This document shows positions 1-9,277 of a DNA stretch of 64,000 nt, piece by piece. Under the pieces are notes generated by a model. The model saw nothing but the letters and a program-made list of their open reading frames with translations, had not been told where the DNA came from and made no database searches. Origin of the DNA: Blastococcus sp. (GTDB lineage: Bacteria; Actinomycetota; Actinomycetes; Mycobacteriales; Geodermatophilaceae); assembly GCA_025965695.1 (NCBI GenBank), contig JAOPWM010000193.1, positions 6,093-70,092 on the forward strand. Reading direction: 5' to 3'. Made by a program: the position numbers and the translations under genes. Within the stretch, counting starts at the first letter, position 1, and each line of letters starts with the position of its first letter.

Positions 1-454
1 CCTCGCAGTCCCAGGGCACCGCGGCGACGGAGAAGCCGGTCGTTCCCCGGGTGAACACCGTGCCGCTGAAGAGGAAGAGCAGCGGGATCTCGCCGTCCCG
101 GAGTGCGTGCAGGTACGTCGTGCCGGAGACGTCGAAGTCGTAGGTGCACGGGAGCGGCAGGTCGATTCCGGTCGATCCGGTGAAGCCCTGGGCGACGGTC
201 GAGGCATGCAGCCAGGCGAACGGCCGGAGGGTCTGGGCGAACCGCGTCCGGTCGCCGAAGAGGTCCAGGAGGGCCCGCTCCTCGGTGTCGTCGTAGCGCC
301 GGCGCTGGGGTTCGATCCGGATCTGCGCCCGCAGCGCCAGCGCGTGCACCTGTTCTCCGCTGGTCTCCTCGACCCGGAGCTTCGCGAGCAGGGTGGGGAC
401 CGCGGCGTAGGGCTCCGGGACGATGTCGTCGACGGCGAACGTCAGCTCGGCCAT
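1..454 (-). CDS. DUF6084-family hydrogenase-cluster accessory protein (runs off the left edge)
   Basis: Read manually: ATG at 454 overlaps the upstream stop (TGATG); MAELTFAVDDIVPEPYAAVPTL...IRIEPQRRRY...LPCTYDF, typical of group 1h hydrogenase clusters. Confidence 0.75.
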   Translation of the reverse strand, partial: MAELTFAVDDIVPEPYAAVPTLLAKLRVEETSGEQVHALALRAQIRIEPQRRRYDDTEERALLDLFGDRTRFAQTLRPFAWLHASTVAQGFTGSTGIDLPLPCTYDFDVSGTTYLHALRDGEIPLLFLFSGTVFTRGTTGFSVAAVPWDCE

Positions 455-1113
455 CAGCGTCCCGCCCCGCCGGCAGGTCTGGCGCGCGCGTCGAGGTCGC
501 CGAAGAACGCGTCGAGCAGCGCCCGGGCCTCCTGGCCGCCGTCGAACCCGCGCCACGCGAGCCGGAGCGCGCCGACCAGCTCGTAGCAGCGGTCGATCGG
601 CACCAGGAAGGAGCCGGGCGCGGCGGACGTCCGGTCGGGCAGCCGCACGATCAGCGCCTCGACGTCGGGCCTGAGTGTGGCGAGACCGGGATTGGCGGCC
701 ACGATGCGCTCCCAGGCGCCCAGCGGGAGCTCGGACTCCGTCGCCCCGGCCGGTCCGGGATAGAACGCCACCGTGCGGTCCAGCACCGAGTTGGAGAAGA
801 AGAACGCCAGCCCGACCGGGATCTCCAGTTCGTCCCACTGTCCGGTGCTCAGGGCGAAGTCGCCGAAGCTCAGATAGCGGTCGGGGACGGCGCGGTAGCG
901 CAGCTGGGCATCCTCCGCGGTGAACAGCAGATAGCAGGGTCGGCAGGCGCACATCAGGCCCCGGCCGACCAGGTCGACGACGTGCTGGTGCTGCTCCGTG
1001 ATCGGCTCCGCGCACATCTCGCAGCGCTCCTGCGCACTCGGCTCCGGCCGCGTCGCGCTGACCCTCGTCAGGACGGCCAGCGGGTTGGCGCCCCTGCCTG
1101 GCCCCGCGGTCAT
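454..1113 (-). CDS. DUF5947-family hydrogenase-cluster accessory protein
   Basis: ERCEMC...H.H...CACRPC and FYPGPAGATESEL motifs; start moved to ATG 1113, coupled to the upstream stop. Confidence 0.8.
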   Translation of the reverse strand: MTAGPGRGANPLAVLTRVSATRPEPSAQERCEMCAEPITEQHQHVVDLVGRGLMCACRPCYLLFTAEDAQLRYRAVPDRYLSFGDFALSTGQWDELEIPVGLAFFFSNSVLDRTVAFYPGPAGATESELPLGAWERIVAANPGLATLRPDVEALIVRLPDRTSAAPGSFLVPIDRCYELVGALRLAWRGFDGGQEARALLDAFFGDLDARARPAGGAGR

Positions 1114-2093
1114 CACGCGCTCACCGCCCGGGGAACGGCGAGCGCGACGACGCCGTCGCGGGCCAGCAACGGGACCGGCTCGAGGTGGGCGTCGGTGCCG
1201 TCCAGCCCGAGACCCGCGTGTCGGACGTCGTAGTGCCCGTGGCAGGTCGGACAGCGCAGCACCGCGTCGCCGGCGGTGCCACCGAGCCGGCGCGCCACGG
1301 ACCCGCTCGCCAGGCTTGCGCCGCAGGACGGGCACCGGTCGCGATAGGCGTACAGGTCGCCGCCGATCCGGATGCCCACGACCGCGGTGCCGGTGACGGA
1401 GAACCCGCTGACCTCACCGGGAGCCAGGACGCCGAGCCCCTCGACCGGAGTCCAGTCGACGGCTCCCCCACCCTCGGGACCGGCGCCGGCGTCGAGGCGG
1501 GACCGCAGGGCCGTCACCGGGATGACCGATGCGTCCTTGGCGCCGGCGGGGGATGCCTCCTCGACGTCGATCCCGCTCACCTCCGGCGCGGCCTCGCGGA
1601 TGGCGGTCTCCACCGCCAGGGTCAGGGTGACGGAGGACGAGGGGCAGCCGTCGCAGCTGCCGAGCATCCGCAGCCGCACCCGGCCGTCGTCGGTCAGCCC
1701 GACCAGCTCCACGTCGCCGCCGTGGGAACCGAGGTAGGGGCGGACGCTGTCCAGTGCCCGCGCCACCCGGGTCTCGACGCCATCGGGATGCAGTCCGTGC
1801 ACCGCCAGCAGGCTGGCGACGAGGTCGTCCGCGGCGAGCCGGTCGAGAAGCTCGTCGTCCAGCCGCCCGGACTCGTACACGATCCCGAGCAACCGCTCCA
1901 GGCCGGCGCCGTACAGGTCGACGACCAGCCGCACGAGCTCGTCTGCCCGCTCGCGCGCCACCCTGCCGCCGGTCGACGCCGCCTCGAGCAACGACTCGAT
2001 GCGTTCCCCCGTGGCGCGGAGGTCCGGCCCGCCGCCGGTACCCGCGGGCGGGCTCGCCGACGCCCCCGCCGACGTCACCCCCGGCCCCGTCAC
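1113..2093 (-). CDS. NifU-domain / Rieske-like Fe-S protein of the hydrogenase cluster
   Basis: NifU motif VRPYLGSHGGDVEL...GSCDGCPSS; C-terminal Rieske-like domain (CPSC...CPTC); GTG start overlaps the hhyL stop. Confidence 0.85.
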   Translation of the reverse strand: MTGPGVTSAGASASPPAGTGGGPDLRATGERIESLLEAASTGGRVARERADELVRLVVDLYGAGLERLLGIVYESGRLDDELLDRLAADDLVASLLAVHGLHPDGVETRVARALDSVRPYLGSHGGDVELVGLTDDGRVRLRMLGSCDGCPSSSVTLTLAVETAIREAAPEVSGIDVEEASPAGAKDASVIPVTALRSRLDAGAGPEGGGAVDWTPVEGLGVLAPGEVSGFSVTGTAVVGIRIGGDLYAYRDRCPSCGASLASGSVARRLGGTAGDAVLRCPTCHGHYDVRHAGLGLDGTDAHLEPVPLLARDGVVALAVPRAVSA

Positions 2094-3880
2094 TCGCCGG
2101 TGAGCGACTGGGTGGGCGAGTGGGTCAGCTCGAGCGTCTTCCCGTTCCCGAGGTACATGTGGACGCCGCAGGGCAGGCAGGGGTCGAAGCTGCGCACCGT
2201 GCGCATGATGTCGATCCCCTTGAAGTGCTCGCGGTCGTTCTCCTCGAAGATCGGCTGTCCCTGGACGGCGTCCTCGTAGGGACCCGGCGTGCCGTAGCTG
2301 TCCCGCGGGCTGGCGTTCCACGGGGTCGGCGGGTACGGGTGGTAGTTGGCGATCTTCCCGTCCTTGATGACCAGGTGGTGGCTCAGGACGCCGCGGACGG
2401 CCTCCGTGAAGCCGCAGCCGATGCCCTCCTCAGGGACGACGAAGGACTCCCACGTCTTCGTGTTCCCCGCCCGGATCTCCACCAGCGCCTTCTCCGCGAA
2501 GTGCAGCGCACAGGCTGCGGCGTAGGCCTGGAAGTACGTGCGCGCCCGGTTGCGCTCGATCGTGTTGCTCCACTGCGGCACCTCCCACTCGAAGCTCACC
2601 GGGCCCTTGAGCGCGGTCTTCGGGAGGTTGATCTGCACGCTGTGGCCGGTGGCCTTGACGTAGCCGATGTCCACGAGGTTGGCCAGGGCGGTGGACCACA
2701 GCCGGGCCAGCGGGCCGCCGCCGGTGTCGAGCGCCAGGTAGTCCTTGCCGTCGTACCAGCGCGGCGACATGACCCAGCTGTACTTGTCGTCGAGGTCGCG
2801 CTTCTGCGGCCGCGGGTTGGTGTGCTGGTTCCACGGATGACGGCGGTCGACCGGATTGCCCAGGGGGTCGCGGCTGACGAAGGTCTCCTGGTCCTCCCAG
2901 TCCTCGTAGTAGGAGCTGCCGAGCAGGATCCGGATGCCCAGGTTGATCTTCACGAGGTCGGTCGTGACCAGCGTGCCGTCGACGACGACACCGGGGGTCA
3001 CGTACATCTTGCGACCCCACTCGGTCATGTCCTTGTACTCGAAGTTGCAGTACTCGGGGTCCTGGAAGGCACCCCAGCAGCCGAGCATGATCCTGCGGTT
3101 GCCGACCTGCTCGTAGCCCGGCAGCGCCTCGTAGAAGAAGTCGAAGAGGTCGTCGTGCATCGGCACGACCTTCTTCATGAACTCGACGTAGCGCTGCAGC
3201 CGGGTGATGTAGTCGGTCATGAGCTGGATCGTCGCCACGGTGCCGACGCCGCCCGGGTAGAGCGTGGAGGGGTGGACGTGCCGGCCCTCCATGAGGCAGA
3301 ACATCTCGCGCGTGGCCCGGCTGACCTGCAGCGCCTCGCGGTAGAACTCGCCGGTGAACGGGTTGAGCGAGCGCATGATGTCGCCGATGGTCTTGTACCC
3401 GTGGGCGTCGGCGTGCGGGCTCTCGGTGCGGTTGGCCAGCTCGAGCACGCGAGGGTTGGTCTCGGCGACCATCTTCTCGCAGTAGTCGACCCCCACCAGG
3501 TTCTCCTGGAAGATGTTGTGGTCGAACATGTACTCCGCGGCCTCGCCGAGGTTGACGATCCACTCCGCCAGATGCGGCGGCCGCACGCCGTAGGCCATGT
3601 TCTGCGCGTAGCACGAGCACGTGGCGTGGTTGTCGCCGCAGATCCCGCAGATGCGGCTGGTGATGAAGTGCGCGTCCCGGGGGTCCTTGCCCTTCATGAA
3701 GATCGAGTAGCCACGGAAGATCGACGAGGTGCTGTGGCATTCGACGACCTCCCGGGCGTCGAAGTCGATCTTCGTGTAGATGCCGAGGCTGCCCACGATC
3801 CGGGTGATCGGGTCCCACGCCATCTCCACGAGGTTGCCGGTGGGCGTCGTGCCGGTCGGGCGGGGCTTCGTCGCGGTCAT
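2090..3880 (-). CDS. hhyL: Group 1h [NiFe]-hydrogenase large subunit
   Basis: L1 TSRICGICGDNH and L2 SFDPCLPCGVH, with a C-terminal extension; 596 aa. Confidence 0.95.
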   Translation of the reverse strand: MTATKPRPTGTTPTGNLVEMAWDPITRIVGSLGIYTKIDFDAREVVECHSTSSIFRGYSIFMKGKDPRDAHFITSRICGICGDNHATCSCYAQNMAYGVRPPHLAEWIVNLGEAAEYMFDHNIFQENLVGVDYCEKMVAETNPRVLELANRTESPHADAHGYKTIGDIMRSLNPFTGEFYREALQVSRATREMFCLMEGRHVHPSTLYPGGVGTVATIQLMTDYITRLQRYVEFMKKVVPMHDDLFDFFYEALPGYEQVGNRRIMLGCWGAFQDPEYCNFEYKDMTEWGRKMYVTPGVVVDGTLVTTDLVKINLGIRILLGSSYYEDWEDQETFVSRDPLGNPVDRRHPWNQHTNPRPQKRDLDDKYSWVMSPRWYDGKDYLALDTGGGPLARLWSTALANLVDIGYVKATGHSVQINLPKTALKGPVSFEWEVPQWSNTIERNRARTYFQAYAAACALHFAEKALVEIRAGNTKTWESFVVPEEGIGCGFTEAVRGVLSHHLVIKDGKIANYHPYPPTPWNASPRDSYGTPGPYEDAVQGQPIFEENDREHFKGIDIMRTVRSFDPCLPCGVHMYLGNGKTLELTHSPTQSLTGE

Positions 3881-3887
3881 GGCCGGG

Positions 3888-4955
3888 TCACCAGGTTCTC
3901 TTCGCGCCGGTCGCGAGTTCCCGGCCCGGTCGTCGCCACCTGGGCTCCTTGTCGAGGGTGTGGGTCGTGATGGTGCGCAGCTTCCGGATCACCGCTCCGT
4001 ACGGACCGACCGCAGTGGTCGAGAGCTTTCCGCCCGGCGGCTCGTCCATGAACGGCATGAACTTGTCCGGGAAGCCCGGCATCGTGCAGCCGATGCAGAT
4101 GCCGCCGACGTTGGGACACCCGCCCACCCCGTTGATCCAGCCGCGCTTGGGCACGTTGCACTTCACGACCGGACCCCAGCAGCCCAGCTTGACGATGCAC
4201 TTGGGTGAGCCGTACTCCGTCGCGAAGTCGCCCTGCTCGTAGTAGCCGGCCCGGTCACAGCCCTCGTGGACCGTGCGGCCGAACAGCCACGTGGGGCGGA
4301 GCGCCTCGTCCAGCGGGATCATCGGCGCCTGCCCGGTGGCCTGGTAGAGCAGGTAGGTCAACGTCTCGGACAGGTTGTCCGGCTGGATCGGGCAGCCCGG
4401 TACGCACACGATGGGGATCCCGGCCTTGGACTTCCAGTCCCAGCCGAGGTAGTCGGGGACGCCCATGGCACCGGTCGGGTTGCCGGCCATCGCGTGGATG
4501 CCGCCGTAGGTGGCGCACGTCCCGACGGCCACCACGGCCGTCGCCTTGGGTGTCAGCCGGTCCAGCCACTCGCTGGTCGTGATCGGCTGCCCGGTCGCGG
4601 GGTTGTTGCCGAAGCCGCACCAGTACCCCTCGTCCTTGATCTTCTCGTTCGGGATGGAGCCCTCCACCACGAGGACGAAGGGTTCGAGTTCGCCACGGTC
4701 GGCCTTGAAGAACCACTCCAGGAAGTCGTCCGCGCCGCCGTTGGGACCGCACTCGAAGTCGATCAGCGGCCAGTGGACGGCGACTCTGGGCAGCCCCGGC
4801 AGGGCACCGAGGGCGATCTCCTCGATGCTCGGCTGGGTGGCTCCGGTGAGGGCCACGGAGTCGCCGTCGCAACTGAGACCGGCGTTGATCCACAGCACGT
4901 GGATCAGTGCCTCCTCAGCGGCGCGAGCTGCCTCATGAACGGACGCGGATGGCAT
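3888..4955 (-). CDS. hhyS: Group 1h [NiFe]-hydrogenase small subunit
   Basis: AGLSCDGD (Asp-type proximal cluster), GTCATYGG, PGCP, HEGCDR, GCWGP, CPNVGGICIGC; no Tat signal seen. Confidence 0.93.
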   Translation of the reverse strand: MPSASVHEAARAAEEALIHVLWINAGLSCDGDSVALTGATQPSIEEIALGALPGLPRVAVHWPLIDFECGPNGGADDFLEWFFKADRGELEPFVLVVEGSIPNEKIKDEGYWCGFGNNPATGQPITTSEWLDRLTPKATAVVAVGTCATYGGIHAMAGNPTGAMGVPDYLGWDWKSKAGIPIVCVPGCPIQPDNLSETLTYLLYQATGQAPMIPLDEALRPTWLFGRTVHEGCDRAGYYEQGDFATEYGSPKCIVKLGCWGPVVKCNVPKRGWINGVGGCPNVGGICIGCTMPGFPDKFMPFMDEPPGGKLSTTAVGPYGAVIRKLRTITTHTLDKEPRWRRPGRELATGAKRTW

Positions 4956-5053
4956 CTCGCCACGCTTCCTGGGGTCTCTGCTCACCCGTGCGCGGGGCTA
5001 CGACCCCTGACTTCCGCTGGGACCGGATCTCGGCCTACTTGCGCGGCGTGAGC

Positions 5054-5069
5054 TGTGACTACGCTCACA
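5054..5069. promoter_or_regulatory. CRP/GlxR-type binding site upstream of hhyS
   Basis: TGTGA-ctacgc-TCACA, an exact TGTGA-N6-TCACA, in the hypB-hhyS intergenic gap; minus-strand TTGACA at 5080-5085. Confidence 0.7.
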
Positions 5070-5100
5070 CCGGGCGGCCTGTCAAGCCGTCAGGGTGCGG

Positions 5101-5871
5101 TCACGTCAGGACGGGCTCGCAGGTCAGAAGCCACTCACCCCAGGCCGCCGTCCCTTCGCCCGTCGTGACCGACAGGGGCAGGACCAGGGCGTCCGCGTTC
5201 ACCGATCGGCAGTGCGCCACGAGCCGGTCCAGCCGGACGTCGACGTAGGGCAGCAGGTCGATCTTGTTGATCACGACGACGTCGGCGACCGAGAACATGT
5301 ACGGGTACTTGAGTGGCTTGTCCTCGCCCTCCGTGACCGACACGACGACGACCTTCGCGGCCTCCCCGAGGTCGAACAGGGCCGGGCAGACGAGGTTGCC
5401 GACGTTCTCGACGAAGACGAGCGATCCGGGCGGCGGCGCCAGCTCCGCCAGCCCCCGGGCCAGCATGTCGGCGTCCAGGTGACACCCGGCACCGGTGTTG
5501 ATCTGGACGACGGGTGCACCCGTGCCGCGGATCTTCTCGGCGTCGATGCGCGTCTCCTGGTCACCCTCGATGACCCCGATCGGCCGAACCGGGGCGAGTT
5601 CGGTGATGGTGCGGCGCAGCAGCGACGTCTTCCCCGATCCGGGCGAGCTCATCAGGTTCAGCGCGGTGATGCCACGCTCGGCCAGCCACGCGCGGTTGTG
5701 CCGCGCCAGGTGGTCGTTCTTCGCCAGCAGCGCCGTCTCGATCTCGACGACGCCCGGGACCGGGTCGTGCCCGTGGGAATGATCGTGATCGGCCGTCGCC
5801 ACCGGGCCCCGGCCATCGGCGAGAGCCTCGACACGGACGTCGGACTCTCCGCATCCGCAGGTTCCGCACAT
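5101..5871 (-). CDS. hypB: Hydrogenase nickel-insertion GTPase HypB
   Basis: MCGTCGC N-terminus, His patch, SSPGSGKT, CHLDA, ENVGNLVCP, GEDKPLKYP, NKID. Confidence 0.95.
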   Translation of the reverse strand: MCGTCGCGESDVRVEALADGRGPVATADHDHSHGHDPVPGVVEIETALLAKNDHLARHNRAWLAERGITALNLMSSPGSGKTSLLRRTITELAPVRPIGVIEGDQETRIDAEKIRGTGAPVVQINTGAGCHLDADMLARGLAELAPPPGSLVFVENVGNLVCPALFDLGEAAKVVVVSVTEGEDKPLKYPYMFSVADVVVINKIDLLPYVDVRLDRLVAHCRSVNADALVLPLSVTTGEGTAAWGEWLLTCEPVLT

Positions 5872-5896
5872 GTCGAACCACTCCTCGCACGCAGAG

Positions 5897-6238
5897 TCAG
5901 GGCACCGGTGTGGCGAGCACGACCGACGCGATCGCCAGCTCGCGGCCGGCGAGAACTTCGACGTCGGCGCTGCCGCAGTCGCAGAGAAGGACGAGATCGG
6001 GCAGCGGGAACTCCGCACCGCAGGTCCGGCAGCGGCCGCGGCCCTCCGGCTCCTCGATCTCGAGCTCCGCACCCTCGAGCGGCGTCCCGGCCGTCACCAG
6101 CTCGAAGCAGAACCGCATCGCGTCCGGCACCACCCCGGCCAGGCGGCCGACCCGCAGCCGGACGACGGTCACCGGCGCGGTCCCGGTCCGCTCCGTCACC
6201 GCGTCCACCACGCTCTGCGTGATCGCGAGCTCGTGCAT
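5897..6238 (-). CDS. hypA: Hydrogenase maturation nickel metallochaperone HypA
   Basis: MHE N-terminus, CRTC...CDC zinc site, GREL C-terminus. Confidence 0.95.
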   Translation of the reverse strand: MHELAITQSVVDAVTERTGTAPVTVVRLRVGRLAGVVPDAMRFCFELVTAGTPLEGAELEIEEPEGRGRCRTCGAEFPLPDLVLLCDCGSADVEVLAGRELAIASVVLATPVP

Positions 6239-6327
6239 CGCACCCCTGCCCGTCAGGGCACGGAACGCTACGCGCGACGGCCGCTCGGACCAAGCCCTCG
6301 CCGGCCCCTCCTGCCCGAGGAACGACC

Positions 6328-6357
6328 GGCGGACCGGCCTGGACCAGCCGGTCCGCC
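6328..6357. terminator. GC-rich hairpin between the ABM gene and hypA
   Basis: ggcggaccggc / gccggtccgcc inverted repeat. Confidence 0.45.
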
Positions 6358-6391
6358 ACTGCCGCCGCCGCCGCCGGTTCGCGCGCGCCGA

Positions 6392-6724
6392 TCAGCGGGG
6401 CTGCTCGACCGCCATCTCGCCGAGTTCCGACCAGTCGTCCTGCGGCACGGTGACGTTGACGATGCGCGGTGTCTCGACCAGGTGCGGCGGCAGACTCCTC
6501 TGTGCCGCGGCGAAGTGATCCGACGTGACATGCGCCGCGGCGGCGTCGTCATCCCGGAAGGCCTCGACCAGGACGTACTCGGTCGGGTCGTCGAGGCTGC
6601 GGGACCAGTCGAACCAGAGGCACCCGGATTCGGCACGGGTGGCGTCGGTGAACTCCCGGCTGATCTCGGGCCACGAATCGGCATCCTCGGGACGGACGCG
6701 GAACTTGGCGGTGATGAAGATCAT
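6392..6724 (-). CDS. Putative quinol monooxygenase (ABM family)
   Basis: MIFITAKF...TRAESGCLWFDWSRS...LVEAF...HVTSDHF. Confidence 0.85.
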   Translation of the reverse strand: MIFITAKFRVRPEDADSWPEISREFTDATRAESGCLWFDWSRSLDDPTEYVLVEAFRDDDAAAAHVTSDHFAAAQRSLPPHLVETPRIVNVTVPQDDWSELGEMAVEQPR

Positions 6725-6827
6725 CGAGCTGGGTCCTTTCACGCTGTGGGGATCGGCGGCATCGCGCAACGGGGCGGCCCGTGACGGGATTTCTCCATGA
6801 GATCACCGAGCGGCGCCGCCGGGCGCG

Positions 6828-8459
6828 TCAGTGGCCGCGGAAGGCCTCCTCCAGCCACCATGACGGCTCGTCGCGCGTCACTTTCGCGTCGATGAGCAGC
6901 GGCCTCGAGCGGGGGCCGGCCAGCCACGCCGCCACGCCGTCCAGCTCGCGCGAGGCGCGGACGGTCAGCGCCTCGAACCCGTGGCCGCGGGCGATGCCGG
7001 CGAAGTCGGTCTCGGGGAACCGCACCGTGCCCAGTGCGTGCCCGTCCGGGCCGAAGTGATGCACCTCGGCTCCATAGGCGGCGTCGTCGTAGACGACGAC
7101 CACCATGGGCAGGCCCAGCCGGACGACGGTCTCCAGCTCCGAGGCACTCATGAGCGCGCCGCCGTCGCCCAGGGCAGCCACCGGCAATCGGTCGGGCCGC
7201 GCCAGCGCCGCGCCGATCGCCGTCGCCAGGCCCAGCCCGACCGACTGGAACGCCTGGGTGAAGCAGAAGCCGTGCTCGTCAGGGACGTCGAGGAACATGC
7301 TCGGGTAGCCCATGAAGTTGCCGGAGTCCACCGCGACCACCCGTTCGGCCGGCAGCAGATCGTCGAGGGCGATCGTCAGCGTCCGCGGATCGATGAACTC
7401 CGCTCCCCCGGTCTCCTCGAACGGCTCGTCCCGCCAGCGCCCGCGCTCGGCGATCGCGCGACGTACCTCCGGCGTCCGGTAACCGGTCGCAACCCCGCCG
7501 AGCGCGGCCGCCACCAGCCCTGCAACCGCCCGGACATCACCCACGACCCCGAAGGCGACCTCGCGCTGCGCCCCGAGCGCCTCGCGCTCCACGTCGACCT
7601 GGACGACCACGGCGTCCTCGGCGATGAGTCGCCCGTGCCGCATCGTCCACATGTTCAGCGCGCAGCCCCAGCCGACGATCAGGTCCGCTCCGGTGATGAG
7701 CTCGGCGGCCAGCGGAGTGGCGAAGCCGCCGGACACGTCGAGGTCCCACGCGTTCCCGCGGAAGAGTCCTTTGGCGACGGCCGACGTCGCCAGCAGGGCG
7801 CCGCAACGGTCGGCCAGTTCCGCCAGCGCCGCACGGCATCCGGACCCGCGGGACCCGCGGCCGGCCACGAACACGGGGCGGCGCGCGCGCCGGAGGGCAT
7901 CGGCCAGCCGCTCCACCTCGGCCGGGTCAGGCGCGACCGCTCGCGCGGCCGGCGATATCGGGACCTCCACGGCAGGAGCCACGAGGCCCTGCACGTCCAG
8001 CGGCAGGTTCAGGACGACGACCCGCCGCTCGTCCCGGGCGGTGGCGACCGCCGCCGCCGCCTGCCGGACGGCGTCCTCCGGCGAGGTCACCCGCATGGGC
8101 ACCGCCCCGACCGCCCCGGCGAGCGCCATCTGGTCGACGAAGAAGTTCGACCGCGGCGAGGTGGCCTCCGCGGTCACGACCACCATGGGCGTTCGGCTCT
8201 TCGCCGCCTCGGTGATCCCGGTCAGCGCGTTGGTGAACCCGCAGCCCTGGTGCACGCTGAGCGCCGTCACCTCCCCGCTGATCCGGGCGTAGGCGTCGGC
8301 CATCGTGGCCGCTCCGCCCTCGTGGCGCGCGGCGACGTACCGGGCGCCCGCGGCGACCATCGCATTGGTCACCAGAAAGTTGCCCGAGCCCATGACGCCG
8401 AACACCGTGCCGATCCCGCACCGCGCGAGCGCATCCCCGACCGCGTGCGCCACGTTCAT
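6828..8459 (-). CDS. Thiamine pyrophosphate-dependent enzyme (putative decarboxylase)
   Basis: RHEGGA, GDGG...DDAAYG TPP motif; ATG 8459 overlaps the cyclase stop. Confidence 0.85.
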   Translation of the reverse strand: MNVAHAVGDALARCGIGTVFGVMGSGNFLVTNAMVAAGARYVAARHEGGAATMADAYARISGEVTALSVHQGCGFTNALTGITEAAKSRTPMVVVTAEATSPRSNFFVDQMALAGAVGAVPMRVTSPEDAVRQAAAAVATARDERRVVVLNLPLDVQGLVAPAVEVPISPAARAVAPDPAEVERLADALRRARRPVFVAGRGSRGSGCRAALAELADRCGALLATSAVAKGLFRGNAWDLDVSGGFATPLAAELITGADLIVGWGCALNMWTMRHGRLIAEDAVVVQVDVEREALGAQREVAFGVVGDVRAVAGLVAAALGGVATGYRTPEVRRAIAERGRWRDEPFEETGGAEFIDPRTLTIALDDLLPAERVVAVDSGNFMGYPSMFLDVPDEHGFCFTQAFQSVGLGLATAIGAALARPDRLPVAALGDGGALMSASELETVVRLGLPMVVVVYDDAAYGAEVHHFGPDGHALGTVRFPETDFAGIARGHGFEALTVRASRELDGVAAWLAGPRSRPLLIDAKVTRDEPSWWLEEAFRGH

Positions 8460-9232
8460 CCGCGGTCGACCAGTGCGAGCACACGCGACGGCGAACCGGA
8501 ACCGGACACGATCGGCAGCGGTGCCGCGACGATCAGCGCTCCGGTGGGCGGCAGCTGGGCGAGGTTCTGCAACTGGGTCAGCCCGTACTTGCCGCTGCCC
8601 ATCAGCGCCGCGTGGCAGGGGAACGGCGGATCGAAGGAGTGCGCCGCGCCGGCGTCCGTACCGACCGTCTCCACGCCCATTCCGATCAGCGAGGGCTCCT
8701 CGCCCAGCCAGCGGGCGCACTCGGGGGAGACGCCCGGAGTGTGCGGGCCGGTGTCGTCGGCGTTGATGAAGTCCTGCTGGGAGGCCGACCTCGCGTCCCA
8801 GCCGGTGCGGTAGAGCAGCCAGCCGCCTTCCGGCAGCGGGCCGTGCTCCACCTCCCACTCCCGGATGTGCTGGACCTCGAGGAGGAAATCGGGGTTCTCC
8901 GCGACCTGCACCGAGAAGTCCAGGACGGCGGCGGGCGCGATCATCCGCTGCACCGGCACCGACGCCACGTCGTCGCCGTCCCGGCCGGTGACCCAGTGGT
9001 TCGGCGCGTCGAAGTGCGTCCCCGTGTGCTCGCCGGTCCGGAAGTTGTTCCAGTACCAGGCGGGGCCCCGGTCGTCGTACCTGCTGACCTCCTCCAGCTC
9101 GAACGGCGCGGTCTGCGCGAACTGCTCCGGCAACTGGATGACCGGCGTCTCCGACGACAGGGGCGCGGTGAGGTCGACGACTTCGATGCGGCCGGCGACC
9201 AGTGCCTCGGCGAAGCTGGAGAGGATCGACAT
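8456..9232 (-). CDS. Cyclase-family metal-dependent amidohydrolase (kynurenine formamidase / isatin hydrolase-like)
   Basis: EHTGTHFDAP (HxGTHxDAP) motif; GSGSPSR C-terminus. Confidence 0.9.
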   Translation of the reverse strand: MSILSSFAEALVAGRIEVVDLTAPLSSETPVIQLPEQFAQTAPFELEEVSRYDDRGPAWYWNNFRTGEHTGTHFDAPNHWVTGRDGDDVASVPVQRMIAPAAVLDFSVQVAENPDFLLEVQHIREWEVEHGPLPEGGWLLYRTGWDARSASQQDFINADDTGPHTPGVSPECARWLGEEPSLIGMGVETVGTDAGAAHSFDPPFPCHAALMGSGKYGLTQLQNLAQLPPTGALIVAAPLPIVSGSGSPSRVLALVDRG

Positions 9233-9277
9233 CGCAGTCCCTTCGGGCGGAGAAAACCGGCGGTCAGCTAAGCACGA

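Noticed and set aside
1754-3970. 738-aa plus-strand ORF, and similar long antisense ORFs (19252-21705, 25755-28022, 42329-44905, 46517-48868)
   Set aside because: Shadow frames of well-supported genes on the opposite strand in high-GC DNA; no recognisable motifs
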